IMG/VR virus record: IMGVR_UViG_3300021375_001810 | Reading direction: 5' to 3' (one strand) | DNA length: 64,000 nucleotides | Source of the DNA: a virus | Shown: positions 44,307-53,696 of the stretch, in pieces | How the letters are laid out: the number at the start of each line of letters is the position of its first letter | Position numbering within the stretch: the stretch's first letter is position 1 | Translations under genes and position numbers: made by a program | Notes under the pieces: generated by a model | What the model was told of the DNA's origin: nothing | Databases searched by the model: none | What the model saw: the letters and a program-made list of their open reading frames with translations, nothing else

Positions 44307-45593
44307 ATGAGCGTTGCAGGAACTAAACACTGGACACCCGACCCGGATATTACACCCGAAGCATTAGAAGAAATGCGTAAAGATGTAATGGATAGGATTA
44401 TTGTTGCACGTATTGGTCTTTTGTTACGTCATCCATTCTTTGGTAATATGGCTACACGTTTACGTATTCAATCCGCAGACGATTGGTTGCCTACTGCCGC
44501 TGTAGACGGTAGAAACTTATTTTTTAACACACAATTCTTTAATGCAATGTCAAATCAAGAAATTGAATTTGTTATTGCACACGAAATCTTACACTGTGTA
44601 TTTGATCACTTAACACGTAGAGAAGATAGAGATCCTCAAATACATAATATTGCCGCCGACTATATTGTAAACAATTTACTTGTTCGTGATCGTATTGGAC
44701 AGAAGCCTACCTTTATTGATTGTTTCCAAGACTTTAAATATGACGGTTGGTCTTCTGAAGAAGTATATGATGACATTTATGAACAAGCAAAAGAAAACGG
44801 TAAAGAGTTACTTGAACAACTAGGCGAATTGCTTGATGAACATTTAGACTGGGAAGGCGAAGACGGAGAAGCTGAAGAAGAAAGCGGTGGTAACGGTAAT
44901 AAATCTACAAAACAACCTAAGTACTCAAAAGAACAATTACGCGAAATCCGTGATGAAATTAAAGAAAATATGATGACAGCGGCTCAGTCGTCAGGTGCTG
45001 GAAACACACCTAAAGAAGTTGAAAGAATGATTACTCAACTTACAGAGCCTAAAATGAATTGGCGTGAAATTTTACGTCAGCAAATTCAGAGTACTATTAA
45101 AAACGATTTTACATTTATGCGTCCTTCACGTAAAGGTTGGCATATGAGTGCTGTACTACCTGGACAGAACTTTGACGAAACAATTGACATTTGTGTTGCT
45201 GTTGATATGTCTGGTTCAATTGGTAATAAACAAGCAGAAGACTTCTTAGGTGAAGTACAAGGTATTATGGATGAGTATCAAGACTATAATATTAAATTAT
45301 GGTGTTTTGATACAGCCGTTTATAACGAAGCAGAGTTTAGTGCAGACGGTGGTGAAAGATTAGAAGACTACGAAATTATCGGTGGCGGTGGAACTGAATT
45401 TGACTGCAACTGGGAATACATGAAAGAACATGATATACAACCTAAAAAGTTTATTATGTTTACAGATGGTTACCCATGGGGTAGTTGGGGTGACGAAGAT
45501 TACTGTGAAACAGTATTTGTTATTCATTCAAATCATGAGAGGAGTTTACAAGCACCGTTTGGTATAACTACTCACTATGAGGATGCCGCTTAA
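44307..45593 (+). CDS. Metallopeptidase-VWA protein (DUF2201-like)
   Basis: HEILH zinc motif; DMSGS MIDAS, GGGGT, FTDG. Confidence 0.88.
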   Translation: MSVAGTKHWTPDPDITPEALEEMRKDVMDRIIVARIGLLLRHPFFGNMATRLRIQSADDWLPTAAVDGRNLFFNTQFFNAMSNQEIEFVIAHEILHCVFDHLTRREDRDPQIHNIAADYIVNNLLVRDRIGQKPTFIDCFQDFKYDGWSSEEVYDDIYEQAKENGKELLEQLGELLDEHLDWEGEDGEAEEESGGNGNKSTKQPKYSKEQLREIRDEIKENMMTAAQSSGAGNTPKEVERMITQLTEPKMNWREILRQQIQSTIKNDFTFMRPSRKGWHMSAVLPGQNFDETIDICVAVDMSGSIGNKQAEDFLGEVQGIMDEYQDYNIKLWCFDTAVYNEAEFSADGGERLEDYEIIGGGGTEFDCNWEYMKEHDIQPKKFIMFTDGYPWGSWGDEDYCETVFVIHSNHERSLQAPFGITTHYEDAA

Positions 45594-45874
45594 TGGTAAA
45601 ACTTAAAGAACCAAATCCATTGAATGTGTTTGGCCTTAGGAGAACTAAGATTCAGCCTAAGCACTTTGAGTCTATAGCCATTAATTATACCTATAATATG
45701 GAAGAAGCATTAAATAAATGGATACGAAAAAACCTTAAAGGAAGGTTTTACGTAGGTAAAGTTTTAAAGGTAGATGAGCAAAATCAAGTCAACTCTATGC
45801 TTAATGTAGCGTTTGAAGACGGTAAAGAGCTTGCATACTTTATGCTGGCTTGTCCACTTTTAAAATACAAATAA
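45593..45874 (+). CDS. Hypothetical protein
   Basis: 93 aa coupled ORF. Confidence 0.65.
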   Translation: MVKLKEPNPLNVFGLRRTKIQPKHFESIAINYTYNMEEALNKWIRKNLKGRFYVGKVLKVDEQNQVNSMLNVAFEDGKELAYFMLACPLLKYK

Positions 45875-45914
45875 ACAACGACAGTTAAATACTACTATTA
45901 TTAAGGAGATAATT

Positions 45915-46190
45915 ATGTCAGAAGAAACTAAAGTAAATGAAGCAGCAGCTCCAGAAGCAACAGGTGAAGCACCTCAAGCAGCTCCGGATCTTACTGTTCA
46001 AGACCTAAATGCATTAAAAACTATTATTGATGTTGCTAGTCAACGTGGTGCATTTAAACCAAACGAAATGACCACTGTAGGACAAACCTACACTAAATTA
46101 GAAAACTTCTTGCTTGCTGTACAAGCCCAACAAGCACAGCCAGAAGGCGAAAAAGCGGAAACAGCGGCTGACGCTCCCGCAGGAGAATAA
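45915..46190 (+). CDS. Hypothetical protein
   Basis: IIDVASQRGAFK motif; TAAATA (45886-45891) and AAGGAG upstream. Confidence 0.7.
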   Translation: MSEETKVNEAAAPEATGEAPQAAPDLTVQDLNALKTIIDVASQRGAFKPNEMTTVGQTYTKLENFLLAVQAQQAQPEGEKAETAADAPAGE

Positions 46191-46191
46191 T

Positions 46192-46788
46192 ATGGCCCAG
46201 TCACTAAAGCATATCGGAAGACACGTAGGCTCTAAGAAAAAGGTTGCTGTAGCATTTAGAGTGCTACCAGGTGAACCTGATAATTGCTTAGTAGTTCCTA
46301 CTGAGTCATTGGATGCGGCAGAACACGATTCATTAATGTCATTGATTGAATCAAATGCAGCACAAAATGCTGACGAACTAGCGGATGCAATGAATAGAGT
46401 TACATTGCCCAACGGCATAAACATGCTAAAAGGTTTTCACAAGTATGGTAAACTATACAAAATGAAAACTGAAGAAATTGAAATGACTCCAGATAATAAA
46501 AGTTCAGTCATGCTAAATGAACTTAATAAACTGATTGCAGATCAAAAAGGAATTACAGTTGAAGATCTTGCTGTTACAGGTGGAAGTGGACAAGCGGTTT
46601 CTGCTACAACAGATACAGTTGCTCCTACAACAGTAACAGATGAGACAGTGTTAGACGATGCTACACTAGCTGCTCAGTACCGTTCACAAGCAGACACTTT
46701 GTATAAAGAGGCAAAGAGACTGAGAGAACAGGCAGAGGAGTTGGTCCCTACGAAAAGGAAGACCAAAGCCAGTGCCAAAGCAACCTAA
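46192..46788 (+). CDS. Hypothetical phage protein
   Basis: Start reassigned to ATG 46192 after AGGAG. Confidence 0.7.
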   Translation: MAQSLKHIGRHVGSKKKVAVAFRVLPGEPDNCLVVPTESLDAAEHDSLMSLIESNAAQNADELADAMNRVTLPNGINMLKGFHKYGKLYKMKTEEIEMTPDNKSSVMLNELNKLIADQKGITVEDLAVTGGSGQAVSATTDTVAPTTVTDETVLDDATLAAQYRSQADTLYKEAKRLREQAEELVPTKRKTKASAKAT

Positions 46789-47092
46789 AAAGAAGAAGTT
46801 ACCTCCCGAAGTAATAGGTCATTGGCCAGAAGTTTTTGACGAAATTGATATGAATGTAGTACCTTTAGAGTATCTACATTCTATCAGAGTTACGTTTAAA
46901 GACGGCAAGGTATGGGATATTGATCTTAATAGTCCTAAAAATAAAGAGATTACTAGCGTTCAAGACAGTTTAGATGAGCTATTTAACGAGTATGAAGATG
47001 CTATCCAAACTGTAGACTTTAGACTGGATACTGACCGTGTTAAGAAAGATATCACCAAAAGAACTCGCCGATTTCTTAAACTTGGAAAGTAA
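46772..47092 (+). CDS. Hypothetical protein
   Basis: 106 aa. Confidence 0.65.
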   Translation: MPKQPKKKKLPPEVIGHWPEVFDEIDMNVVPLEYLHSIRVTFKDGKVWDIDLNSPKNKEITSVQDSLDELFNEYEDAIQTVDFRLDTDRVKKDITKRTRRFLKLGK

Positions 47093-47151
47093 TTGTTTCT
47101 GTGTAAAAGGCATAAATACTAGTAGAAACTATTATTACTAGGAGTTAACGA

Positions 47152-48744
47152 ATGGCTTTACAGATCAGACGAGGTATTGAGTCAGAACGCACAGGTGTTG
47201 TATTTGCCGAGGGCGAACTGGTCTACATTACGGATACCGACAAATTATATATTGGTGACAATACTACAGCAGGCGGTATTGAAATTGGACCAAAGACTTT
47301 ATCCGAACTAGGAGCTGCTTCATTAGGCGGTGACTTAACACTAGGCGGAAACAATATTATAGGAACTGGTAATATTAATATTACTGGTGACATCCAAGCA
47401 ACAGGAAGCATTACAGCAGGCGGCAATATTGACATTGGCGATGCTGCAGGCGACACACTTACAATCACAGCACAAGTTGATAGCGGCATTACTCCTAACG
47501 CTGATTCAACTTATGACTTAGGTTCAACTTCATTAAAATGGAATACTGTACACGCCGCTAAACTAGACGGTGATGTATCCGGTAGTGTGTTTGCAGATGA
47601 CTCAACACTATTAGTAGATGCTGTTAATAATATTATACCTAGTGCAGTTGTTTCAGGTACAGAAGCAACTAACTGGAACACAGCATATGGTTGGGGCGAC
47701 CATTCAACACAAAACTATATTGTCGACGGGACCGCTGATGCTATTACAGCAAACATGGTAAATGAAAATGTTATTACATCACGAGAACTTGCTGATGGAA
47801 ATAGTTACAACGGTACATTTGACGGTGATATTACAGGCTCTGTATTTGCAGATAATTCAACATTATTAGTAGACGGTGTAAATGGTACAATACCAGCAAC
47901 GGTAATAAGTGGTACACTTTCTAACGATACATCAGGTACAGCGGCTATAGCAACTGCAGTTGATGTAAATGACGAAAGTACAGATGCAACTTGTTTTCCA
48001 ATGTTTGGAACTGGCGCAACTGGTACTTTAACTATAAAAACAGATCAAAGTGCATACACATATAATGCCTCTACTGGTACACTATACGCAACCGCATTTG
48101 TTGGAAATATCACAGGTGATGTAACAGGTGACGTTGCAGGTAATTTAACTGGTAACGTGTTTACTAATTTAATTGATAGTGCTGACTCGTCAGCTATTGT
48201 TGTAACTCCTTCTTTGCAAACATTATCAGATGTACAAGTAGATCAAGATTTAAGAGTTGGTAGTGGAAATACTCAAGGTCCTAATGGAACAGATGTAAGA
48301 ATTGTTCCTGCAACAGGTAGCGGAGTTGGTAGAGTCTTAACAGACACTATTGAAGTAAAAACTATTGAAATTGCAGACGGCGATGGTGGTGAAATATTTG
48401 TAAAAGGTAACTTAGACATATCAGGTTCGTTAACTACAAATGGTGGACATTTAGGGTTTGGTGATAATGACTTACTAACCTTTGGTGGAACATCTGCAAG
48501 TTTAAGAGTTGCTGAGTTTACTGGTGATTTTGATACACCAGGAGACTTTGAAAATAGTGCAAACTTTAATAACTATATGACTGTTAATAGTACAGTTGCA
48601 GACTTTGGTACTGCTGTTCAGTTTGCTAGTATGACGACTACACAACGTGATGCACTAACAGCGGCAGCTGGTATGGTAGTGTTTAACACTACAGATACAA
48701 AATTACAAGTATACACAGGCTCTACTTGGGCAGACTTACATTAA
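47152..48744 (+). CDS. Tail-fibre-like protein with Mtd-N-like N-terminus
   Basis: LQIRRG...AEGELVYITDTDKLYIGD; GSVFAD(D/N)STLLVD repeats; TAAATA at 47113-47118. Confidence 0.7.
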   Translation: MALQIRRGIESERTGVVFAEGELVYITDTDKLYIGDNTTAGGIEIGPKTLSELGAASLGGDLTLGGNNIIGTGNINITGDIQATGSITAGGNIDIGDAAGDTLTITAQVDSGITPNADSTYDLGSTSLKWNTVHAAKLDGDVSGSVFADDSTLLVDAVNNIIPSAVVSGTEATNWNTAYGWGDHSTQNYIVDGTADAITANMVNENVITSRELADGNSYNGTFDGDITGSVFADNSTLLVDGVNGTIPATVISGTLSNDTSGTAAIATAVDVNDESTDATCFPMFGTGATGTLTIKTDQSAYTYNASTGTLYATAFVGNITGDVTGDVAGNLTGNVFTNLIDSADSSAIVVTPSLQTLSDVQVDQDLRVGSGNTQGPNGTDVRIVPATGSGVGRVLTDTIEVKTIEIADGDGGEIFVKGNLDISGSLTTNGGHLGFGDNDLLTFGGTSASLRVAEFTGDFDTPGDFENSANFNNYMTVNSTVADFGTAVQFASMTTTQRDALTAAAGMVVFNTTDTKLQVYTGSTWADLH

Positions 48745-48762
48745 TAATTAAAATGTATTCAT

Positions 48763-48793
48763 AAAAAAAGCACCATAAAGGTGCTTTTTTTTT
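48763..48793. terminator. Bidirectional intrinsic terminator
   Basis: AAAAAAAGCACC-ATAAA-GGTGCTTTTTTTTT between convergent genes. Confidence 0.9.
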
Positions 48794-48813
48794 GGCTTTA
48801 ATTTGTTAGTGTA

Positions 48814-51405
48814 TTACAATTTTAGTATACATTCAACTAGTTTAGTACCTTCTTCTTCGCTTGATTCTAACGCTACGCCTACTATTTGTTGTCCGTTAAA
48901 CTGTGTACTAGCAATTCCGTTATCATGCACGTAAACCGCCTGTCCTTTGCTTACAGAGCCCGTTACAAGCACTGGAACTCGTCCTTTAAGTGCTAGTGGT
49001 TGTCCGTCTGCTTCTGCATTCATTAAGAACGCTGGTTTTGCAGATATAACACCTACTGGTATTGCTCCAAATACAGCTCTTTCTGCTTCAAAACTTGACT
49101 GTGCGCCAATTGCCATTACTGTACCTGTTGGATGTTTTTCGTTAGTTGTATATTTCTCTGCTAAGTCAGCATAGTTTGCAGTTACAGCATTACCTGATAG
49201 GTTGCCTACAAAAGTACCTACGGATAATTCAATTCCGTTTGCTGTAAATTCAGCATGAGTTGCACCTGATCTTGTTACAGTAATATCGCCGCCTGCACCA
49301 GTTATTGCTACACTACTAGTACCATTAGATATTGAAGTTGTACTTACACCTCCTACACCTGTTGAAATAGCACTATCAATTTCTGCTTGTGTATATGTTT
49401 CTGCTTTAGAATAAACATCTAAGTTAGTTCTTGCTTCTGCAGCTGTAGTACCAGCAGTACCACCTTCGGTTATTGCTAGTGTACCTGTTGCTCCTGCTAA
49501 GTTAAGTGAAGCAGAAGTAAGTGTTCCTACAGTTAAGTTATCAAAGTAACCGTCATTTGCTGTTCCTGATTCATTAACTTGTCCTATAAATTTACTTGCT
49601 GTTACAACATTAGCTGCAAAGTCACCTGAAGCATCTCTAGCAACTACATAGTTTGCTGTATTTGCAGAAGCTGCATTTAAGCCTAACTTAATAGAAGCAT
49701 TTTCTGCTGAGGAAGGATAACTTGAAGGATTAACACTATTATTAACTGTTACATTTAAATATGTTTCACCAGTATCACGTATAACACGCTCAACAAAATT
49801 ACCTGTTGTGTCAGTACCTAATGTTACTGAATCTCCTGATGTTGTTAGTGCAATATCTAATGATCCTTCATCACCATTAAATGTTACTGAACCTGTTGCA
49901 TCGCCTGTGAAGTTAAGTGTTAAATCATTCTGCCATTTAGTAGCATTGTCTGCTGTTCCGTCTAATGCTCCGTAGAATGTTGAAGCATTAATTGCACCAG
50001 TTGCGTCTCTAACTACTACTGTATCTGGTGTTGGTATAACTGCCGCCGATCTGTTTTCGCTACCTTCTTGTAACGTAGCTGCTCTAGTAGCAACACCATT
50101 AAATTGATTTGCTGTTAAGTTACCACTGGCGTCTCTAACCGCTACAGAGCTTGCTGTAGCACTTGCAGAGCCTGTTGCGTAACTAGACCCATCAACAGCA
50201 ATATTTGTTGCGTTAACCGCTAAATCTGCGTTTGTAGCGGTACCTTGGAAATAGTTTGCATATAAGTCGCCTGAGCCATCTCTTGTTGCTATTGTGTTCG
50301 CTGTAGCCGCTGTTGATGCACTTCTATAGTTTACACCTACTTTTAATAAGTCTGCTTTTTCACTAGTACCCGTAAAGTTTACAGCATGTACAGTACTCCA
50401 TCTATTTCCTGAAGTACCTAAACTATAAACTCCGTCACCGTCAGGTCTAATACTTGCCGGTGTGCTGTTTGGATCAATAATAAGTGGAGTATGCTTAGTT
50501 CCTGTTCCATCATGTGCAGCTATTTTAATTAAGCCGCCATGTAGGTTGTGTGTAACTTGTGCATTACCGCCTGATGTGTTTAATACAAATTCTGTTGAAC
50601 TACCAATACGTAGCCCGTCTGCATCTGCAATATCAACTCTATCAGTAAATACGGCTGTTGCACGTTGTACAAATTCTGCAGCATCAGTGCCACCTAATCT
50701 ATCTGAGTTAGATGCTGTACCGTGGAATCTTTCTACACCATTTTGAACACCTGTTGAATCGTCTGAATCAACTAACGTAATCCCTTGATGTATATAATTA
50801 AATCCTTGAATAGAACTTCCAGTATCAAGTGTAAATGCATCTTTCGATGCAACAAACATTACTTTGTTATCAACAACACCCTTTAATACATAGTGTTCAT
50901 GTGGTTCTTTTAATTCTGCTGTTGTGTCGCTTGGGGATAATAAGTTATCATAAACTAGTGTTTCTACCCATTCTGTTTGGTTCGCACTTGCTTGCTTAGG
51001 ACCAACTAGTACAAACGCAGAGCCGTTATAAACGTGTAACTGTTGTTGTACATCATCAAACCATAGGTCGCCTTTATTTACATTAGACGCTGATGGAGTT
51101 CCTGGCAATACTCCAATTCTTAAATTTGCTAAAGGGTTGAAAAACTTATTTGCGTTACCGTCATATACTTTTAATCTGCCTTGACCATCGTCGTCTGTAT
51201 CAAACCAAAGTTGACCTGCAATTGGTCTTGGAGGTTGATTTGCCGAAGCAAAGTTTTCTAACAATGATACAAAGTTTTCGTTTTGTATTTCACCGTACCC
51301 TGAATAGTTTTTACCAACTAGTTTTAAGTCAGTTGTATTATCAATGGTACCGTCTTCTATTATTGTTAGAATGGTATTATTTGTTTTTTCAATAGTATAT
51401 GCCAT
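48814..51405 (-). CDS. Tail fibre protein with C-terminal intramolecular-chaperone-like domain
   Basis: N-terminal GKNYSGYGE..NENF..LLENFA domain; RDASG repeats; YADLAEKY...ALKGRVPV. Confidence 0.75.
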   Translation of the reverse strand: MAYTIEKTNNTILTIIEDGTIDNTTDLKLVGKNYSGYGEIQNENFVSLLENFASANQPPRPIAGQLWFDTDDDGQGRLKVYDGNANKFFNPLANLRIGVLPGTPSASNVNKGDLWFDDVQQQLHVYNGSAFVLVGPKQASANQTEWVETLVYDNLLSPSDTTAELKEPHEHYVLKGVVDNKVMFVASKDAFTLDTGSSIQGFNYIHQGITLVDSDDSTGVQNGVERFHGTASNSDRLGGTDAAEFVQRATAVFTDRVDIADADGLRIGSSTEFVLNTSGGNAQVTHNLHGGLIKIAAHDGTGTKHTPLIIDPNSTPASIRPDGDGVYSLGTSGNRWSTVHAVNFTGTSEKADLLKVGVNYRSASTAATANTIATRDGSGDLYANYFQGTATNADLAVNATNIAVDGSSYATGSASATASSVAVRDASGNLTANQFNGVATRAATLQEGSENRSAAVIPTPDTVVVRDATGAINASTFYGALDGTADNATKWQNDLTLNFTGDATGSVTFNGDEGSLDIALTTSGDSVTLGTDTTGNFVERVIRDTGETYLNVTVNNSVNPSSYPSSAENASIKLGLNAASANTANYVVARDASGDFAANVVTASKFIGQVNESGTANDGYFDNLTVGTLTSASLNLAGATGTLAITEGGTAGTTAAEARTNLDVYSKAETYTQAEIDSAISTGVGGVSTTSISNGTSSVAITGAGGDITVTRSGATHAEFTANGIELSVGTFVGNLSGNAVTANYADLAEKYTTNEKHPTGTVMAIGAQSSFEAERAVFGAIPVGVISAKPAFLMNAEADGQPLALKGRVPVLVTGSVSKGQAVYVHDNGIASTQFNGQQIVGVALESSEEEGTKLVECILKL

Positions 51406-51434
51406 TATTTTTCATTCCCTATGTGCGGTATATG

Positions 51435-51442
51435 TATTTATC
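51435..51442 (-). promoter_or_regulatory. Putative late promoter GATAAATA
   Basis: Minus-strand motif upstream of 48814..51405. Confidence 0.6.
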
Positions 51443-51446
51443 AGTA

Positions 51447-53696
51447 TTAAGTCCAATTAGTCTCTGACTGTTTGGTCCATACTTTACCACTACCAGGATC
51501 AGTAACTTTCCAAACTTGTTGCTTACGTGTAACTGACAATGATACTGTACCTGTCGCACTGTTAAAGTTAATATCTTCTAATAAGGCTTGCGGATTTTGC
51601 CCTCCATCTGCCCCACCAATACCAGTAAAGTCTACTGATATAGTTTCTTTTGTTGCAGAACCTGCAACATCAATACCTGTAACTGCACCGCCATACTGTG
51701 TAGTAATAACGTTTGCTACAGCATTAAGTGTTTTTGCTGTTGGATCTTGATAGAATGTAAGCATTGCTTGTACTTCTTCATCAACACTTGAATAATTTGT
51801 TGTCGGTAACCCAGTAACATCAATTTGTAACATGACTGGTGAAAATGCTACTTCAGTATCTACATATCCTTTAGTTACTACATGATCGTCTGTATCTTCA
51901 GTATCACTAGGATTATCTACAACGTGTCTAGCACTTAGCGGAGTAGTAACATTTTTAATTTTTGTGTCATTAAAGTCAACTGATGATTGACTTACTATTT
52001 TTAGTCCTGCATTATACGTAGTTATTGTAGGTGTTGCAGGATTTGTTCCTTCATCATAAGTAATTGTTAATCCTGGTCCAGGTAATGCACTACTTTGTCT
52101 TACTCTTACAGTATCTAAAATACCAACATTTGCTAATCCTGATGCTGTTGTAATTTCTGCAGCAAGTGCGGCTGACGATATTACATCATGACCATTAATT
52201 TTATATGTTTCGCCTGTAGGAATATTAACACTATCATTTAATTCAAAATATGGACCATTAGTTAAGTCATTAGTCCATTTAATAGTTTTGTCGTTAGCAT
52301 TAGTACTGCTTGGAGCACCTTTAATAGTAATACCTGCACCAGTTGCAGTTGCGTCTGAACGCTGTATTATATTAGTTGCTGTAATGTTTACACTACCACT
52401 TGTTTGTAAATCACCTTTGCCAACTACTGTTATTTCATCACTACTAACAAGAAAACTATTGTTTGTTGGTTCAATAACTAATTTGTATACGTTGTTAACA
52501 GTATCAACTTGATATTCTTTAAATGTACCTGTTGCTAATACAGTATCACCTGTATGGCTTTGTGTTATTTGGTCGCCTACAGCAAGTGTGTCAGCAAATG
52601 AGCTATCAATTTGTCCTGATAAAGTTATAATTGTATCTGCATGTCCAAGTTCAATATTATAATCATCAACCGTTAATGTTGCTGTTTCTAAAGTAGTATT
52701 ACTACCTTCAATAGTAATATCGCCTCTAACTCTCATATCACCAAATACATCTAACGTTGCTGTTGGTTCGTCAACCGTTACATTAATACCCATATAGCGA
52801 TTAACAGCATCAACACGTATTGGATCAAACTGTCCAGATATGTTTGAAGCAACTAATCTAAATCCTTGGTTAACAAGGTTACTTGATAAGTTAAGGAACT
52901 CACCTGATATTGCCAATCCTGCTTGACCAGTATCACCAATAGTTAGTCCGCCTTTAGTTTGAATATTTAAAATACCAGTAGTTGTACCTTCTGCATCTGA
53001 CGGTAAAAACTGTGATGCTGTTTTTCTTCTTAGTAATCCTGTATTAGGATCAGTTTCTGAAGTAATCAAACTGGTTGCTGAGTCAGAAACACCATAAATT
53101 CTAAAGTTATCTTTATCAACAATATTAATACCTTTTAACACATCGCCAGTTAATCCTGGTAATAAGTCAACATCATCTGCTCTTGGTGTAAATGTATCGT
53201 TACTAATATAAGCAAACACAGCATTACCAACTGACCATTTAATAACTGTATATCCTAAACTTCTTGTATCAACAATTCTTAAAGTTTCAAATCCACTTTT
53301 ACCTTGTGCTGATGTATATGGAGGACCTACAAGTACTATATCACTTCCGTCAAAGAAGTATAACTGGTTGTCATCGTTGTTTATCCAAAGGTCGCCTGCA
53401 ACCATTTGCGGTTGTGAAGCACTAATAATTGGACCGTTTGCTTTAAATGTTGTACCGTCATATACTTTTAATCTATTTTCGCTAGTATCAAACCATAGTT
53501 GTCCTGTAATAGGTGTACCTGGAGTTGCTGTACCGCTAAAGTTTTCTAAAAGTTTAATAAAGTTTTCATTTATAACTTCACCAAACCCTACATAGTTTCT
53601 TCCTATTAGTGTAATGTCCGATGATGTAGTGTCAATCTGTCCGTCAACTAGTTCTACTAGCAATGAACCATCTGTTTTGTTTAGTTTATAACTCAT
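51447..53696 (-). CDS. Tail fibre/baseplate protein
   Basis: Paralogous N-terminal NENF..LLENF...GQLWFD domain. Confidence 0.7.
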   Translation of the reverse strand: MSYKLNKTDGSLLVELVDGQIDTTSSDITLIGRNYVGFGEVINENFIKLLENFSGTATPGTPITGQLWFDTSENRLKVYDGTTFKANGPIISASQPQMVAGDLWINNDDNQLYFFDGSDIVLVGPPYTSAQGKSGFETLRIVDTRSLGYTVIKWSVGNAVFAYISNDTFTPRADDVDLLPGLTGDVLKGINIVDKDNFRIYGVSDSATSLITSETDPNTGLLRRKTASQFLPSDAEGTTTGILNIQTKGGLTIGDTGQAGLAISGEFLNLSSNLVNQGFRLVASNISGQFDPIRVDAVNRYMGINVTVDEPTATLDVFGDMRVRGDITIEGSNTTLETATLTVDDYNIELGHADTIITLSGQIDSSFADTLAVGDQITQSHTGDTVLATGTFKEYQVDTVNNVYKLVIEPTNNSFLVSSDEITVVGKGDLQTSGSVNITATNIIQRSDATATGAGITIKGAPSSTNANDKTIKWTNDLTNGPYFELNDSVNIPTGETYKINGHDVISSAALAAEITTASGLANVGILDTVRVRQSSALPGPGLTITYDEGTNPATPTITTYNAGLKIVSQSSVDFNDTKIKNVTTPLSARHVVDNPSDTEDTDDHVVTKGYVDTEVAFSPVMLQIDVTGLPTTNYSSVDEEVQAMLTFYQDPTAKTLNAVANVITTQYGGAVTGIDVAGSATKETISVDFTGIGGADGGQNPQALLEDINFNSATGTVSLSVTRKQQVWKVTDPGSGKVWTKQSETNWT

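Noticed and set aside
47152-48744. Diversity-generating retroelement target, suggested by the Mtd-like N-terminus
   Set aside because: No reverse transcriptase, no TR/VR pair with adenine-specific mismatches, and no C-type lectin tip.
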